Below, one piece after another: positions 62,395 to 64,000 of a DNA stretch of 64,000 nucleotides (positions are counted from its first letter, which is position 1; every line of letters starts with the position of its first letter). Both the position numbers and the translations under genes were made by a program. The DNA is from Lama glama. Its lineage: Eukaryota. The notes under the pieces are model-generated. The model had not been told where the DNA came from. It saw only the letters and a list, made by a program, of their open reading frames with translations, and ran no database searches. Location of the stretch: the NCBI GenBank assembly GCA_028534125.1, contig CM052817.1:45758001-45822000 (forward strand), in the 5' to 3' direction.

Positions 62395-62535
62395 TCTTTA
62401 GGTTTTTATTTATTTATCATTATTTTGGAAGGGAGGTAATTAGGTTTATTAATCTATTTAATGGAGTTAGTGGGGCATGAACCCAGGACCTTATGTATGC
62501 TAGGCATGCACTCTACCACTGAACTATACCCTCCC
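62395..62535 (-). mobile_element. Vic-1-type tRNA-derived SINE (camelid)
   Basis: Minus strand GGGGAGGGTATAGTTCAGTGGTAGAGTGCATGCCTAGCATACATAAGGTCCTGGGTTCA...AAACCTAATTACCTCCC plus an A-rich tail. TSD CCAATAACTTAAAAGTTTT (62376-94) vs CCAATACCTTAAAAGTTTT (62536-54). Confidence 0.85.
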
Positions 62536-63169
62536 CCAATACCTTAAAAGTTTTAAAGTTATGAAGTACTTTATAGTTAAATACATTTCAGAAACTGCTT
62601 TAGCCCTTTAACACTTTGAAATTCAGCAACCCAGATTAGTGTTTTTGCTAGCTTTCTCTTATCGAGGAGCATGACTCTACAAGCCAGGATGGGTCTATTT
62701 GGACTGAGAACCAGAGGAAACTGACTCACAAGTACTGATAAGAGGGGACAGGCTTTGGTGACATTTCCCAGTGAATGCCTGGGATGCTAAGGGGGCAGCA
62801 TGAGGGAACTTGGGGGAGAGTTAGAAATGTCCTTACGGTCTATGTCCCAGTCCCTTTTATGAGGCAGCAGGGACCAGATTCAGGCTTGTGGTTCCCAGAT
62901 GCTGAAGTGGAGTTTGTTGCCCAAGGTCATCAGGAGTGTCTTTGCAGCTGGAGGCTATCAGTCAAAGTTCTTAAAATGCATGATGGGTCAAGTAAGAAAA
63001 AAATCAAGAAAATTTGATAAGGTCAAAGGTAACAACAGACCCCCAAATTGGAGAAAGCCAAAAGTGAGGCAGTTAATGTAATGAGAGCAAGATCAGAAAT
63101 AAAGCAGCTTGAAGCTAGTAGGTTAAATGTGTAGGTTTGAGGTGTCTTATTTTAGCTTGAAATAAAGAT

Positions 63170-63600
63170 ATAGAAGGTGACAGTACTGGAATTTAAACCA
63201 ACCCCAGCATGCAAATTTTTCCTCTGCTTGATATGATTCAAATCCTTTCTGTTTTAAAGGATCACTTTCCTTTCATATATAATGCTGATAATGGCAACTG
63301 TGAGGATTAAGTGATTATAATGCCCTAAATCATTTAGACCCACATCTGTTACAGGTCTGTGCTCTGTAAACATGGGCTGTTATTATTAAGGCAAGGAAAG
63401 TTCCAGGCTGTGATGATGAACAAATCTGGATGAAGATAGGATGATATAGTATGTAGCTATACTTGTGCTTTGGAATCAGATGGGTATTGGACAAGTTATC
63501 TAACCCCTCTCTCATTAGTAGAACAGAGATAATAACTATCTCATTGGTTTGCTGTGAAGGTGAAGTTGAATAATGTGTATGAAGTGCTTAGCACTTCGCT
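63170..63600 (+). mobile_element. Two MIR fragments
   Basis: tgtgaggattaagtgattataatg; ttggacaagttatctaacccctct...aatgtgtatgaagtgcttagcac. Confidence 0.65.
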
Positions 63601-63620
63601 GTTTATTGCAAAGTTAAAGC

Positions 63621-63850
63621 TCAGATTTTTGAGCCTAACTACTATATACAAAATAGATAAACAACAAGGTCCTACTGTATAGCACAGGGAACTATATTCA
63701 ATATCTTATAATGACCTTTAATGAAAAAGTATGAAAAGGAATATATATGTATAAATGAATCACTATGCTGTACACCAGAAATTGACACAACATGGTAAAC
63801 TGACTATACTTCAATAAAAAATAGATACAAATAAAATAAAAACAAAAGAA
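63621..63850 (+). mobile_element. L1 3' end with A-rich tail and TSD
   Basis: acaaggtcctactgtatagcacagggaactatattcaatatc...AATAAA. TSD CAAAGTTAAAGC (63609-20) vs CAAGGTTAAAGC (63851-62). Confidence 0.88.
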
Positions 63851-64000
63851 CAAGGTTAAAGCCCTACAAATGGAGTACCTGTGATTTCATTTGGCTATTG
63901 GCCATAGGGTTGGCAGGCGTAAATGTAAAGAATTAGATCAACATTTACAGCTTTGGCTCAAGTCCAACACTTGTGTTGATCCATGGCTTGGAAAACCTGA

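Noticed and set aside
62460..62535. tRNA-Ala-like sequence as a tRNA gene
   Set aside because: Has a SINE body, A-rich tail, TSD and a degenerate T arm, so it is a SINE
1..64000. CRISPR arrays, operons, rRNA or other prokaryote-type systems
   Set aside because: Sequence is mammalian intron and intergenic DNA; no repeat-spacer arrays or gene-dense regions
1..64000. Androgen response elements expected for PARM1
   Set aside because: The TGTTCT half-sites I checked (963, 1308, 5477, 60031) lack a matching partner half-site; I did not scan exhaustively
15700..64000. Exons of the neighbouring gene BTC
   Set aside because: No second CpG island and no EGF-like coding exon seen; BTC presumably lies beyond the window

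Overview
Mammalian genomic DNA, very probably from a camelid (alpaca or camel): it carries a Vic-1-type tRNA-derived SINE and cetartiodactyl-style L1 3' ends. The only protein-coding sequence I can support is the first coding exon of PARM1 (minus strand, 15170-15212, MVCKTLFALCIFTA-G), inside a CpG-island promoter at about 14.1-15.7 kb. Positions 1-15169 are PARM1 intron 1 and about 15.7-64 kb is upstream intergenic DNA. The rest is interspersed repeats: a decayed gamma-like (ERV1) provirus with pol, env-TM and 3' LTR at about 33.5-39.3 kb, interrupted by a MaLR LTR; a young 5'-truncated L1 with a perfect 17-bp TSD spanning an assembly gap; hAT-Charlie/Cheshire and Tigger fossils; many MLT1, L2 and MIR copies; and microsatellites. 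There are two 500-N placeholder gaps. I found no convincing evidence of a novel biological system. The findings are mostly regulatory or evolutionary candidates (uORF, divergent CTCF-like pair, nested TEs, a 139-bp duplication). Repeat family names come from remembered consensus sequences, not a database search, and boundaries are approximate unless a TSD is given.
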